DNA of 64,000 nt. Source: an uncultured Bordetella sp. (GTDB taxonomy: Bacteria; Pseudomonadota; Gammaproteobacteria; Burkholderiales; SG8-41). The position numbers and the translations under genes are program-made. Position 1 is the first letter of the stretch; each line of letters starts with the position of its first letter. The DNA lies in the NCBI GenBank assembly GCA_964433345.1, contig CAYSQJ010000005.1:155585-219584 (forward strand). The letters are read 5' to 3'. Shown here in pieces: positions 44,891 to 54,921 of this stretch. The notes under the pieces are model-generated. The model saw only the letters and a program-made list of their open reading frames with translations. It made no database searches and was not told where the DNA came from.

Positions 44891-46093
44891 ATGAGTAAAT
44901 CGACAATCCCTTATCGTCGTTCCCAGACCGATCTGCTGGCCAGCCGCCTCGCCGAGCCGCGGCGTTTCCTGCAGGTTGTGGCCGGCCCGCGCCAGGTGGG
45001 CAAGTCCACCTTGGTCGAGCAGGTGACCGGTGCACTTGATCTGCCAGTGCGTTACGTCAGCGCCGACGAGCCGACATTGCGCGGGGGCGACTGGATCGCG
45101 CAGCAGTGGGAGGCGTTGCGGCTGGAAGCGGGCAAGAGTGCTGCGGTGCTGGTGCTCGATGAAATCCAGAAAATTCCCGACTGGTCCGAAACCGTCAAAC
45201 GGCTGTGGGACGAGGACACGCGCGCCAAACGCCCGCTGAAGGTGGTGCTGCTTGGTTCGGCGCCGCTGCTGCTGGCGCAGGGACTGACCGAGAGCCTCGC
45301 CGGGCGCTTCGAACTGCTGCCTGTGCCGCACTGGTCGCTGGCGGAGATGCACGAGGCCTTTGGCTGGTCGCTGGAGGACTATCTGTATTTCGGTGGTTAT
45401 CCCGGCGCGGCGCCGCTCGTTTCGGAACCGGCACGCTGGACGCGTTATGTTGCGGACAGCCTGATCGAGACTTCGATCGCGCGCGACGTGCTGCTGCTCT
45501 CGCGCGTGGACAAGCCGGCATTGTTGCGGCGGCTGTTCGAACTCGGCTGCCGGTATTCCGGGCAGGTGCTGTCCTATACCAAGATGGTGGGACAGTTGCA
45601 GGATGCCGGCAACACCACCACGCTGGCGCATTACCTGGAGCTGCTGGCCGGCGCGGGCATGCTCTGCGGGCTGCAGAAGTACGCCGGTGATGCAGCGCGT
45701 AGCCGGGGTTCCAGTCCCAAGCTGCAGGTGCTCAACACGGCGCTGATGAGCGCGCTTTCAGGCCTGACTCCGGAGGAAGCGCGCGCCGACCGCGAGTTTC
45801 GCGGCCGGCTGGTCGAGTCCGCGGTCGGGGCGCATCTGGCGAACGCGGCGGCCGGCGGCGTGTGCAAGCTGTATTACTGGCGCGACAAGAATCAGGAAGT
45901 GGATTTTGTGGTCGAGGCGGGGCGCCGGCTGATCGCCGTCGAAGTCAAAAGCGGGCGGGCGCCGCAGGCGCATCCGGGTTCGGCGGCATTCGCCAAGGCA
46001 TTCAAGGTGCATCGTTCGCTGCTGGTGGGGGGCGACGGTATTTCTGTGGAGGATTTTCTGGGAAAGCCGGTATCGGAGTGGATTGCGGCTTGA
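44891..46093 (+). CDS. AAA_14/DUF4143-family ATPase with C-terminal PD-(D/E)xK-like region
   Basis: Walker A GPRQVGKST, Walker B VLVLDEIQ, C-terminal EVDFVVE...AVEVKSG. Confidence 0.75.
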   Translation: MSKSTIPYRRSQTDLLASRLAEPRRFLQVVAGPRQVGKSTLVEQVTGALDLPVRYVSADEPTLRGGDWIAQQWEALRLEAGKSAAVLVLDEIQKIPDWSETVKRLWDEDTRAKRPLKVVLLGSAPLLLAQGLTESLAGRFELLPVPHWSLAEMHEAFGWSLEDYLYFGGYPGAAPLVSEPARWTRYVADSLIETSIARDVLLLSRVDKPALLRRLFELGCRYSGQVLSYTKMVGQLQDAGNTTTLAHYLELLAGAGMLCGLQKYAGDAARSRGSSPKLQVLNTALMSALSGLTPEEARADREFRGRLVESAVGAHLANAAAGGVCKLYYWRDKNQEVDFVVEAGRRLIAVEVKSGRAPQAHPGSAAFAKAFKVHRSLLVGGDGISVEDFLGKPVSEWIAA

Positions 46094-46174
46094 ATCGCAC
46101 TAAATTGAGTATTTTGTGCAGGTACACTTTTACTGGATTGTGGTTTTAAGAGAGAAATGTTTTTCTTGTGATTG

Positions 46175-46218
46175 CCCCTCACCCTAACCCTCTCCCCGCG
46201 AGTGCGCGGGGAGAGGGG
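46175..46218. repeat. Single REP unit (forward)
   Basis: cccctcaccctaaccctctccccgcgagtgcgcggggagagggg. Confidence 0.85.
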
Positions 46219-46259
46219 ATAAAACCAAGGGGAGGGCTTAAATGCCTGGTTTATTCCTC

Positions 46260-47441
46260 ATGTCAAAACTTCCGCTATCCAACATCACCGTCATCGCCCT
46301 AGAACAAGCCGTCGCCGCGCCGTTCTGTTCCCGTCAGCTCGCCGACCTCGGCGCGCGGGTGATCAAGATCGAGCGGCCGAAGGTCGGTGACTTCGCGCGC
46401 GACTATGACCAGACCGTCAAAGGCCAGTCGGCCTATTTCGTCTGGCTGAACCGCTCCAAGGAAAGCCTGACGCTGGACGTGAAACATCCCGAGGCGAAGA
46501 ACATCCTCGCCAAGCTGATCGCCGAAGCCGATGTGTTCATCCAGAACCTCGCGCCGGGTGCGGCGCAGCGCTTGGGATTGGGCGCTGCCGATTTGCGCGC
46601 CAAGCATCCGAAGCTGATCGTCTGCGATGTGTCGGGTTACGGCACGACGGGACCGTATTCCAAAAAGAAGGCCTACGACCTGCTGGTGCAGGGCGAGGCG
46701 GGGGTACTGTCATTGACCGGCACGCCGGAGTCGCCGGCGAAAGTCGGCATTTCGATCACCGACATCGGCACCGGGCTGCATGCTTATGCCGCGATCCTCG
46801 CCGCGCTCTACACGCGCGAACGCACGGGCGAGGGCGCGCATATCGATCTGACCATGTTCGAGACCATGGCCGAGTGGATGGGCCATCCGCTGTATTACAC
46901 GCATTACTCGGGCAAGGCGCCGCGGCGCAGCGGGCCGGATCACGCGACCATCGTACCCTACGGGCGTTTCCGCACGAAGGATGGCGATGTGCTGTTCGGC
47001 ATTCAGAACGAACGCGAGTGGGCGAACTTCTGCGACAAGGTGCTGGGCCGGCCGGAGTTGGCGAAAGACCCGCGTTACGACAACAACACCAAGCGCACCG
47101 CGGCGCGTGCTGAAGTCGTCGCGCTGATCGAGAACACTTTTGCGCCGTGGACGAGTGATGAAGTGGTGGCGAAGCTGGATGCCGCTGACATCGCCAATTC
47201 ACGGCTCAATACACCGGACCAGGTCTGGGATCATCCGCAGTTGCAGGCACGGCAACGCTGGCGCGAGGTGGAGACGCCGGCAGGGACTATTCCGACGCTG
47301 TTGCCGGCGGCGACGTTTGAAGGGTTTGAGGCGCGGATGGATTCTGTGCCGGCGGTGGGGCAACAGACCGAGTTGATTCTTGGGGAACTGGGGTATTCGG
47401 TGGCGCAGATTGCCGAATTGAAAACGGCCGGGGCGATTTGA
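46260..47441 (+). CDS. Family-III (CaiB/BaiF) CoA-transferase
   Basis: Trimmed to MSKLPLSNITVIALEQAVAAPFCSRQLADLGARVIKIERP. Confidence 0.8.
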   Translation: MSKLPLSNITVIALEQAVAAPFCSRQLADLGARVIKIERPKVGDFARDYDQTVKGQSAYFVWLNRSKESLTLDVKHPEAKNILAKLIAEADVFIQNLAPGAAQRLGLGAADLRAKHPKLIVCDVSGYGTTGPYSKKKAYDLLVQGEAGVLSLTGTPESPAKVGISITDIGTGLHAYAAILAALYTRERTGEGAHIDLTMFETMAEWMGHPLYYTHYSGKAPRRSGPDHATIVPYGRFRTKDGDVLFGIQNEREWANFCDKVLGRPELAKDPRYDNNTKRTAARAEVVALIENTFAPWTSDEVVAKLDAADIANSRLNTPDQVWDHPQLQARQRWREVETPAGTIPTLLPAATFEGFEARMDSVPAVGQQTELILGELGYSVAQIAELKTAGAI

Positions 47442-47506
47442 ACTCTGCGCTTAATCGATTCCATTCGGACAGATGACATCAGCGTTTGAGGCGCTGAATC
47501 TCTAAA

Positions 47507-47591
47507 CGTCATTCCGGCGGAAGCCGGAATCCAGCGTTTTTGCATTTACTGCACTGGATTCCGGATCGCGCTACGCGCGTCCGGAATGACG
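47507..47591. repeat. Third REP type: inverted pair of GTCATTCCGG..CCGGAATCCAG units
   Basis: cgtcattccggcggaagccggaatccag (47507-47534) and ctggattccgg..ccggaatgacg (47554-47591). Confidence 0.8.
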
Positions 47592-47622
47592 GGATATGGC
47601 TCGCAGATGCGGAATATTATGT

Positions 47623-47652
47623 AAGTAATTGTTTTTATTGACTATTTTTAAC
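47623..47652 (+). promoter_or_regulatory. AT-rich recurrent element (IHF-site-like), copy 6
   Basis: aagtaattgtttttattgactatttttaac; overlaps the last 5 codons and stop of the minus-strand gene. Confidence 0.6.
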
Positions 47653-48870
47653 GCCCGCTCCCTGCCAGTTGTAAGCCCGCAGATCCAGCAGCAATTCCGG
47701 CTTCATCTCCTTCGGCGAGTTCACGCCGACCAGCGCCATGTCGGTCATCAGTTCGCTGCGCATCAGGTTGATGACGTGTTGTGCGCCGTGTTCGGCGCCA
47801 ATGGATATCGCATAAAGAAAGGGCCGGCCGATGAAGACGAAGTCGGCGCCCAGCGCCAGTGCTTTCAGTACATCGGTGCCGCGGCGGATGCCGCTGTCCA
47901 TCATCACCGCCATGTTGCCGGCATTGGCCTTCACACCCGGCAGCATGCGCAGCGGGCTTACTGCGCCGTCGAGCTGGCGGCCGCCGTGGTTGGAGACCAT
48001 CACGCCGTCGACGCCGGCGTCGCGCGCGCGCGCGGCGTCCTGCGGGTCGAGGATGCCTTTCAGCACCAGCTTGCCTTTCCACAGCTGGCGCATCAGCTCC
48101 ACATGTTTCCACGACAGCCGGTCGCGGCGGCCAGCCTGGCGGTTGAGCGCCGAGATCATCGGCACGCGCGGGCCCATGTTCTCGAAATGCGGCATGCCGT
48201 GGCTCAGCGTGTGTCTGAGCATTGCCAGGCACCAGCGCGGGCGGGTGGCCATGTCCCAGGCGAGGCGCAGGCTGGGGCGCAGCGGCGTGCTGAAGCCGGT
48301 GCGCACATTGTTCTCGCGGTTTGCGAGCACCTGGACGTCGACGGTCAGCACCAGCGTGTCGTAGCCGGCCTTTTCGACGCGGTTGATCAGCGCCTTGATC
48401 ACGTCGTCCTCGCCGGGCAGGTAGGCCTGGAACCACGCGGTCTTGCCTTCCTGCTTGACGCGTTCCAGCGAAGTGAGCGCGGCGCCGCTGACCACCATCG
48501 GGATGTTGTTGCGCGCTGCGGCACGGGCCAGCGCGACGTCGCCGTCGGCGCAGGCCATCCCGGTGCCGCCCATCGGCGGGATGCCGAAGGGCAGGTCGTA
48601 CTGGGTGCCCATCAGCGTGGTCTTCAAGCCGCGGTCGCCGGTGTCGATGAGGGTTTTGGGGATGAACTGCAGTTCGTCCCATACCGCGCGGTTGTCGCGC
48701 AGCGAGGCGTTGGTCTCGGCGCCGCCGTTGATATAGCCGAAGATCGGGCGCGGAATGCCGCGGCGGGCGGCGTCCTCGAAGTCGTCGAGGGCGAGCATCT
48801 GCTGCAGGATGCGCGGGGCGGAGGAGGACAGGGCCGCGGTGGCGGCGTTTTCGTAGCTGACGCTGGTCAT
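47635..48870 (-). CDS. FMN-dependent alpha-hydroxy-acid dehydrogenase (L-lactate/mandelate dehydrogenase-like)
   Basis: 671-aa ORF trimmed to MTSVSYENAATAAL...; SNHGGRQLD, DSGIRRGTDVLKALALGA. Confidence 0.8.
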   Translation of the reverse strand: MTSVSYENAATAALSSSAPRILQQMLALDDFEDAARRGIPRPIFGYINGGAETNASLRDNRAVWDELQFIPKTLIDTGDRGLKTTLMGTQYDLPFGIPPMGGTGMACADGDVALARAAARNNIPMVVSGAALTSLERVKQEGKTAWFQAYLPGEDDVIKALINRVEKAGYDTLVLTVDVQVLANRENNVRTGFSTPLRPSLRLAWDMATRPRWCLAMLRHTLSHGMPHFENMGPRVPMISALNRQAGRRDRLSWKHVELMRQLWKGKLVLKGILDPQDAARARDAGVDGVMVSNHGGRQLDGAVSPLRMLPGVKANAGNMAVMMDSGIRRGTDVLKALALGADFVFIGRPFLYAISIGAEHGAQHVINLMRSELMTDMALVGVNSPKEMKPELLLDLRAYNWQGAGVKNSQ

Positions 48871-49044
48871 GGTGTCGGGTGGGGTGATTGCAGTTGAGGT
48901 CCGATGATACCGGTTGCGGGACGGTTGGCGCAGCATGCGGCGGAGGTCCGTTCCGGAACCGGGGAACGGTGCTAGCATAGCCGCAGGCCGCTCTACAAAT
49001 AAATGAAATGGCCGGCCCATCAAAAAACCGGGAGGAGAACTGCA

Positions 49045-50079
49045 ATGCGCTCGAATACCCTTGATACGCAGGTTTTTCGCGGCTTCGGCCGCGTGTTCAA
49101 ACGCCGCGCGACGGCCGCGCTGCAGATGTTCGGCATGGGGCTGCTGGCCCTCGGGCTGGTGGCCCCCTCGCTGGCGCAGTCGCAGTTTCCGAACCGTCCG
49201 CTGCGCATGGTGCTGCCCTTCCCGCCGGGCGGTTCGACCGACATTCTCGGGCGTATCGTTGCGGCCAGCCTCAGCGAGAAACTGGGCCAGCCGGTCATTG
49301 CCGACAACCGGCCCGGACTGGGTGGTTATTACGGGCTGGACATGGCTTCGAAGTCCCAGCCTGACGGTCACACCTTCACCATCGCCTCGCTGGTGTATGC
49401 GAGCGGCCCCGTGACCTATCCGGACATGAAATTCAATCCGGCCAAAGACCTGACTTCGATCGGGCAGATCTCCGAGGCGCCGAACTTCCTGGTGGTCAAC
49501 CTCGGCGTACCGGCGAAATCGATGAAGGAACTGGTGGATTACGTCCGCGCCAATCCGAAGAAACTGCACTACTCGACCAGCGGCGTCGGATCGACGCTGC
49601 ACCTGTCGGCGGCGATGATGAACAGCATCACCAAGATGGACATGGTGCATGTGCCGTACAAGGGCGGCGGCGGCCCGGCGATGACTGCAGTGCTGGGCGG
49701 CGAGGTGCAGGTGATCGTGCTCGGACCGGCGTCAATCCAGCATTTCCGCGCAGGCAAGGCGCGCGCGCTGGCGGTGTTGAGCGAGGAACGGGTGTCGGTC
49801 ACGCCGGATGTGCCGACAGCCAAGGAACAGGGCTTCAATGTCGTGGTGGCGGGCTGGCACGGCCTGCTCGCGCCAGCAGGCACGCCGCGTCCGATCATCC
49901 AGCGCCTGAACAAGCTCTGGGTGGACAGCGCGAACAGCCCGGACGTGAAGGCGCGGCTGGAGAAGCTCGGGTTTTTCCCGCGGCCCGGCACGCCGGAGCA
50001 GTTCACGGCTTACCTGAAGAACGAAACCCTGCGCTGGCAGCGGCTGATCAAGGAAATCAATCTCCAACCCGCCCGATGA
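49045..50079 (+). CDS. Bug/TctC-family receptor
   Basis: GGAGGAG RBS; PLRMVLPFPPGGSTDILGR, VPYKGGGGPA. Confidence 0.8.
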   Translation: MRSNTLDTQVFRGFGRVFKRRATAALQMFGMGLLALGLVAPSLAQSQFPNRPLRMVLPFPPGGSTDILGRIVAASLSEKLGQPVIADNRPGLGGYYGLDMASKSQPDGHTFTIASLVYASGPVTYPDMKFNPAKDLTSIGQISEAPNFLVVNLGVPAKSMKELVDYVRANPKKLHYSTSGVGSTLHLSAAMMNSITKMDMVHVPYKGGGGPAMTAVLGGEVQVIVLGPASIQHFRAGKARALAVLSEERVSVTPDVPTAKEQGFNVVVAGWHGLLAPAGTPRPIIQRLNKLWVDSANSPDVKARLEKLGFFPRPGTPEQFTAYLKNETLRWQRLIKEINLQPAR

Positions 50080-50104
50080 TAATGGCGCGCCGGGCAACAG
50101 CGTC

Positions 50105-50971
50105 ATGAGATTGCGCAGCGTCGAACTGGCCCTGCCGCAGGCGCAGGCGGCAGCGGAATTCCTGCAGAAGCCCTGGCGCCTGATTGCGGCCGGCTCACAG
50201 GGCGGGGCGCTGTTTTTCCGCGGCACCGGCAGCCATCCGTACATCCTGGCACTGCGCGAGGCTGCTGCGCCGGAGGTTCTCGCCATCGAGTTCTCCGGCA
50301 CGCCGGAGGAAGTGGCGGCAGTGCAGGCGCGGGCGAGTGCTGCGGGTGCTCCGCTGCAGGCTTTCACCGAACTCGATGCGCCGGGCGGCGGTGCGGGTTT
50401 TGTCGTCGAAGGTCCGGAGAAACAGAAATACCGCTTCATCGCGGAGGCTGCGCCGGTTGCGGAATTGCCGCCTGATCGCGACCGGCCGCTGCAGATCACC
50501 CATGCGGTGCTCAATTCGGTGGACGTCGCGGCCTGCGAGCGTTTCGTCGAGACCGCGCTGGGTTTCCGGGTCTCCGACCGCACCAAGATGATGACTTTCG
50601 TGCGCTGCAACCGCAAACACCATGCGCTGGCCTATGCGCATTCCGATGTGCCCTCGCTCAACCACATCGCCTTCGAGATGAATGATGCCGACGGCGTGAT
50701 GCGGGGCATCGGCCGCATGCGCGACGCCGGCTACGACGTGGTGTGGGGCCCCGGGCGCCACGGCCCCGGGAACAATGTCTTCGGTTATTTCATCGCGCCC
50801 TTCGGCGGGATCGTCGAATACACCGCAGAGGTGTCCGAAGTGACGGATGACTACAAGGTGGGCACTCCGGAAGACTGGAAATGGCCGCCCGGGCGCATGG
50901 ACCAGTGGGGCATCTCGACCAAGGACGGCAAGAGGATCCCGGTGGCGGAGCGCGTATTCCGCTTCACCTGA
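50105..50971 (+). CDS. VOC-superfamily extradiol ring-cleavage dioxygenase-like protein
   Basis: Two-domain about 288 aa; HAVLNSVDVAACERFV, LNHIAFEM, GPGRHGPGNNVFGYFIAPFGGIVEYTAEV. Confidence 0.7.
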   Translation: MRLRSVELALPQAQAAAEFLQKPWRLIAAGSQGGALFFRGTGSHPYILALREAAAPEVLAIEFSGTPEEVAAVQARASAAGAPLQAFTELDAPGGGAGFVVEGPEKQKYRFIAEAAPVAELPPDRDRPLQITHAVLNSVDVAACERFVETALGFRVSDRTKMMTFVRCNRKHHALAYAHSDVPSLNHIAFEMNDADGVMRGIGRMRDAGYDVVWGPGRHGPGNNVFGYFIAPFGGIVEYTAEVSEVTDDYKVGTPEDWKWPPGRMDQWGISTKDGKRIPVAERVFRFT

Positions 50972-51111
50972 GCGTATCGCCGAGGAGCGCTGCCGGCGCG
51001 CGGTAATCGAGGCGGCAATTGCCCGTCTGTCAAGCTGTTGCCGCCTGGAGTGCGTCCGTATAATCGGCCGCTTTGCAGCGATCAGGCCGTCTTCCCGGTT
51101 TACCTATTCCC

Positions 51112-52014
51112 ATGTGGCTCAAGAATCTCGTGGTCTACCGCCTGCCGGCGGACTGGTCCGCCGACGCGGACGCACTCGAACAGAAACTCGCGCAGCAGCC
51201 GCTGCAGCCCTGCGGCGGTTTCCAGATGGAAAGTTCGGGCTGGGTCTGTCCGCATGACGACGGCCGTTTTCTCTACACCCTGCAGCGCCAGTGGCTGCTG
51301 GCGCTGGCCACCGAGCAGAAACTGCTGCCGGCCTCGGTGATCCGCCAGGAGGCGGAAGACCGCGCGGTGCATATCGCCGCGCAGCAGGGACGCCCGGTCG
51401 GACGCAAGCAGATGCGCGACCTCAAGATGCAGGTCACCAACGAACTGATGCCGCGCGCACTGGCGCGCCGGCGCACCACCCACGGCTGGATCGACACCGC
51501 GCAGCGCTGGCTGGCAGTGGATGCCGCGGGAGATGCCAAGGCCGAGCAGTTCATGGAAGCGCTGCGGCGCTCCGACGATGACATCCTCGCACTGCGGCTG
51601 GAAACCCGGCGTTCGCCGGCGGCGGCGATGGCCGAGTGGCTGGTCGCCGGCGAGGCGCCGGGCACATTCACCATCGACCAGGACCTCGAACTGCGCGCGG
51701 CCGACGGCAGCAAGGCGACGGTGCGTTATGCGCGCCACAACCTCGACGGTAAGGAAATCCGCGACCACATCGCCGGCGGCAAAACCGTGGTGCGGCTGGG
51801 GCTGACCTGGAACGACCGCATCTCCTTCGTGCTGACGGAGCAGCTGCAGGTCAAGCGGCTGGTATTCCTCGACATCCTGCGCCGCGAGTCCGACTCGGAG
51901 GCCGGGGACGAGAGCGAGCGTTTCGAAATCGATTTTGCGCTGATGACCGGCGAGCTGTCGCTGATGCTGGCGGACCTGGTCAAGGCATTGGGCGGAGAAC
52001 AGGCAGAAGAATGA
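51112..52014 (+). CDS. rdgC: Recombination-associated protein RdgC
   Basis: [15 protein letters not shown]..., SSGWVCP, about 300 aa. Confidence 0.85.
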   Translation: MWLKNLVVYRLPADWSADADALEQKLAQQPLQPCGGFQMESSGWVCPHDDGRFLYTLQRQWLLALATEQKLLPASVIRQEAEDRAVHIAAQQGRPVGRKQMRDLKMQVTNELMPRALARRRTTHGWIDTAQRWLAVDAAGDAKAEQFMEALRRSDDDILALRLETRRSPAAAMAEWLVAGEAPGTFTIDQDLELRAADGSKATVRYARHNLDGKEIRDHIAGGKTVVRLGLTWNDRISFVLTEQLQVKRLVFLDILRRESDSEAGDESERFEIDFALMTGELSLMLADLVKALGGEQAEE

Positions 52015-54389
52015 GCAACAGCACCACGACCACCACTGCAGCCGTGCAGGAACGCATCAATACACTGATCGCCGGCGAAATCGGCGTCGCCGCGCGCCAG
52101 GTCGCCGCGGCGGTCGCGCTGCTCGACGAGGGCTCGACGGTGCCCTTCATCGCGCGTTACCGCAAGGAAGTCACCGGCAACCTCGACGACACCCAGCTGC
52201 GCACGCTGGAGGAGCGTCTCGGTTACCTGCGCGAGCTGGAAGCGCGCCGCGCCGCAGTGATTGCCTCGATCGACGAGCAGGGCAAGCTGACCGATGCGCT
52301 GCGCAAGGCGATCGAGGCGGCGGCGACCAAGCAGGCGCTGGAGGATCTCTACCTGCCATACAAGCCGAAGCGGCGCACCAAGGCGCAGATCGCGCGCGAG
52401 GCGGGGCTGGAGCCGCTGGCCGATGCACTGCTCGCCGATCCCGGCCTGCAGCCGGAGACCGAGGCGGCCAAGTACATCCGCGTCGAACCGGCGAAAGAAG
52501 GCGTCGAGGCGATCAACGTGCCGGATGCCAAGGCTGCACTCGACGGCGCGCGCGACATCCTGGTCGAGCGTTTTGCCGAGACCGCGGAACTGCTGGCCAA
52601 GCTGCGCACGCGGCTGCAGCAGGAAGGCATTCTCGCCTCGACGGTGATTCCCGGACAGGAAGCCGCGGAAGAGGAAAAATTCCGCGACTACTACGCTTAC
52701 TCGGAGCCGTTGCGAGCAATCCCCTCGCACCGCGCGCTGGCGCTGTTCCGCGGCCGCGCGCAGGGCGTGCTGAGCCTGCAGCTGGGACTGGGCGAGGCGC
52801 TGGAGGCGGAGAATCCCCACCCCTTCGCGGCGATGGTGGCGGCGCATTTCGGCATCGAGAATCGCAAGCGTCCGGCGGATGCCTGGCTGGCGAATGTCTG
52901 CCACTGGACCTGGAAAGTGAAGCTGCAGCTGCACCTCAGCACCGAGCTGATGGTCGAACTGCGCGAACGCGCCGAGGCCGAGGCGATCCGCATATTCGGA
53001 CGCAATCTCCATGATCTGCTGCTCGCCGCGCCGGCTGGCCCGCGCGCGGTGCTCGGACTGGATCCGGGGCTGCGCACCGGCTGCAAGGTGGCGGTGGTCG
53101 ATGCCACCGGCAAGCTGCTGGATACCGCGACGATTTATCCGCATGCGCCGCGCAACGATATCGAGGGTTCGCTGGCGACGCTGGGGCGGCTGGTGGTCAC
53201 CCACGGGGTCGAGCTGATCGCCATCGGCAACGGTACCGCGAGTCGTGAAAGTGATCGTCTTGCCGGGGAGCTGATCAAGCGCGTTAAGGCGGTGAAGCCG
53301 GAGCTCAAGCTCGCGCGCATCGTGGTCAGCGAGGCGGGGGCTTCGGTGTATTCGGCTTCGGCCTTTGCCGCGGCGGAGTTTCCGGATCTCGATGTCAGCC
53401 TGCGCGGCGCGGTGTCGATCGCGCGGCGTATCCAGGATCCGCTGGCGGAACTGGTCAAGATCGATCCCAAGGCGATCGGCGTCGGCCAGTACCAGCACGA
53501 TGTCAACCAGCGCGCGCTGGCGAAGTCGCTGGATGCGACGGTCGAGGACTGCGTCAATGCCGTCGGCGTCGACGTCAACACCGCCTCGGCGCCGCTGCTG
53601 GCGCGGGTGTCAGGCCTCAATGCGACACTGGCCCGCAACATCGTCGAGTATCGCGATGCGCATGGCCCGTTTCCGGACCGCGCCACCATCCGCAAGGTGC
53701 CGCGGCTGGGCGACAAGACTTTCGAGCAGGCGGCGGGTTTCCTGCGCATCAGCAACGGCAGCAATCCGCTGGACCGCTCGGCGGTGCATCCCGAGGCCTA
53801 TCCGGTGGTCGAGCGCATCCTGACGCGCATCGGCAAGGAAGTCTCCGAAGTGATGGGACAGACCGCGCTGCTGAAAACATTGTCGGCGGCGGATTTTGCC
53901 GATGAACGTTTCGGTGTGCCGACGGTGCGCGACATCCTCGCCGAACTGGAAAAACCGGGCCGTGATCCGCGTCCGGAATTCCGCATGGCCGCCTTCGAGG
54001 ACGGGGTGGAAAAGCTCTCTGACCTGCGCCCCGGCATGATCCTTGAGGGCGTGGTGACCAACGTCGCCGCCTTCGGCGCCTTTGTCGACATCGGCGTCCA
54101 CCAGGATGGCCTGGTGCACATCTCCGTGCTGTCGAACCGCTTCGTCAAGGATCCGCACGAGGTGGTGAAGCCCGGGCAGATCGTCAAGGTGCGCGTGCAG
54201 GAGGTGGATCTCAAGCGCCAGCGCATCGCCCTTAGCATGCGCCTTGAAGAGCCCGCGCCGCGTGAGGGTGGATCGCAGCGCCGCGGGGCGGAAGCGCGGC
54301 CCGGCAATACGCGTCAGGCAAAGCCGCAGCAACGCGAAGAGAAGCCGGCCGGTGCGATGGCGCTGGCCTTCGCCAAACTCAAGCGTTAG
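52011..54389 (+). CDS. tex: Transcription accessory protein Tex (YqgF-like plus S1 domain)
   Basis: 792 aa; [33 protein letters not shown]-terminal S1 domain [21 protein letters not shown]. Confidence 0.9.
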   Translation: MSNSTTTTTAAVQERINTLIAGEIGVAARQVAAAVALLDEGSTVPFIARYRKEVTGNLDDTQLRTLEERLGYLRELEARRAAVIASIDEQGKLTDALRKAIEAAATKQALEDLYLPYKPKRRTKAQIAREAGLEPLADALLADPGLQPETEAAKYIRVEPAKEGVEAINVPDAKAALDGARDILVERFAETAELLAKLRTRLQQEGILASTVIPGQEAAEEEKFRDYYAYSEPLRAIPSHRALALFRGRAQGVLSLQLGLGEALEAENPHPFAAMVAAHFGIENRKRPADAWLANVCHWTWKVKLQLHLSTELMVELRERAEAEAIRIFGRNLHDLLLAAPAGPRAVLGLDPGLRTGCKVAVVDATGKLLDTATIYPHAPRNDIEGSLATLGRLVVTHGVELIAIGNGTASRESDRLAGELIKRVKAVKPELKLARIVVSEAGASVYSASAFAAAEFPDLDVSLRGAVSIARRIQDPLAELVKIDPKAIGVGQYQHDVNQRALAKSLDATVEDCVNAVGVDVNTASAPLLARVSGLNATLARNIVEYRDAHGPFPDRATIRKVPRLGDKTFEQAAGFLRISNGSNPLDRSAVHPEAYPVVERILTRIGKEVSEVMGQTALLKTLSAADFADERFGVPTVRDILAELEKPGRDPRPEFRMAAFEDGVEKLSDLRPGMILEGVVTNVAAFGAFVDIGVHQDGLVHISVLSNRFVKDPHEVVKPGQIVKVRVQEVDLKRQRIALSMRLEEPAPREGGSQRRGAEARPGNTRQAKPQQREEKPAGAMALAFAKLKR

Positions 54390-54921
54390 TGCCGATTCGG
54401 CCACTACCTCAAGTGCCCGGGCTTGACTGTCCGCGCTGCCCTGCTGAAACACGCGGCGCGAGCTGCTACCCGTTGTCGCAGGGCCCCAGGATCACCGCCG
54501 CGACCATGGCATCCTGTGTGCGCTGTTTTCTGCCGAAGAGGGCTTTAAGGAAGTAGCGCCTGCGCGTGCGGGTCGAGGCATCCGCCGCGAAACGAGGCAT
54601 CAACCGGACTCCAACAGGGCATGCCGGCTGGCGGAAAAGACCTGTCTGCAGTAAGGACGGAGAATTTCCATCATAAGCGCCTAACGGGAAGCCGGGCCGG
54701 CGCCGGGCATCGTGGTGAGCAGCTGATGCGCAGCGCTGCAATGCATTGCGCGCATGGCCTCGGGTTCCCAAGCTGTGAAGACGCACATGCAACTTCGGGC
54801 TGGCACGATAACGTCCGCAATGAAACTTAGGCTGTCGACCGCGGTCACAGATTTGCAGGCTAAAACCTGAACAGGCCGATTCGTCATCGTTGAAATCGGA
54901 GCCCCATTCTTTGGAGAGCAC

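Noticed and set aside
35745-46218. REP clusters as a possible CRISPR array
   Set aside because: The units occur in both orientations, with irregular spacing of tens of nt to kb and genes in between. There is no constant repeat-spacer periodicity and no cas genes.
47629-48897. 422-aa plus-strand ORF and 465-aa minus-strand alternative-frame ORF (47648..49045) over the hydroxy-acid dehydrogenase gene
   Set aside because: Only the 47635..48870 frame gives a recognisable FMN-dependent dehydrogenase. The others are Arg/Ala/Gly/Pro-rich shadow ORFs.
54801-54819. Sigma-54 promoter-like TGGCACG upstream of the HPF-like gene
   Set aside because: The -12 element is missing. The GC dinucleotide is not at the required 10-nt spacing from GG (the sequence reads TGGCACGATAACGTCC).
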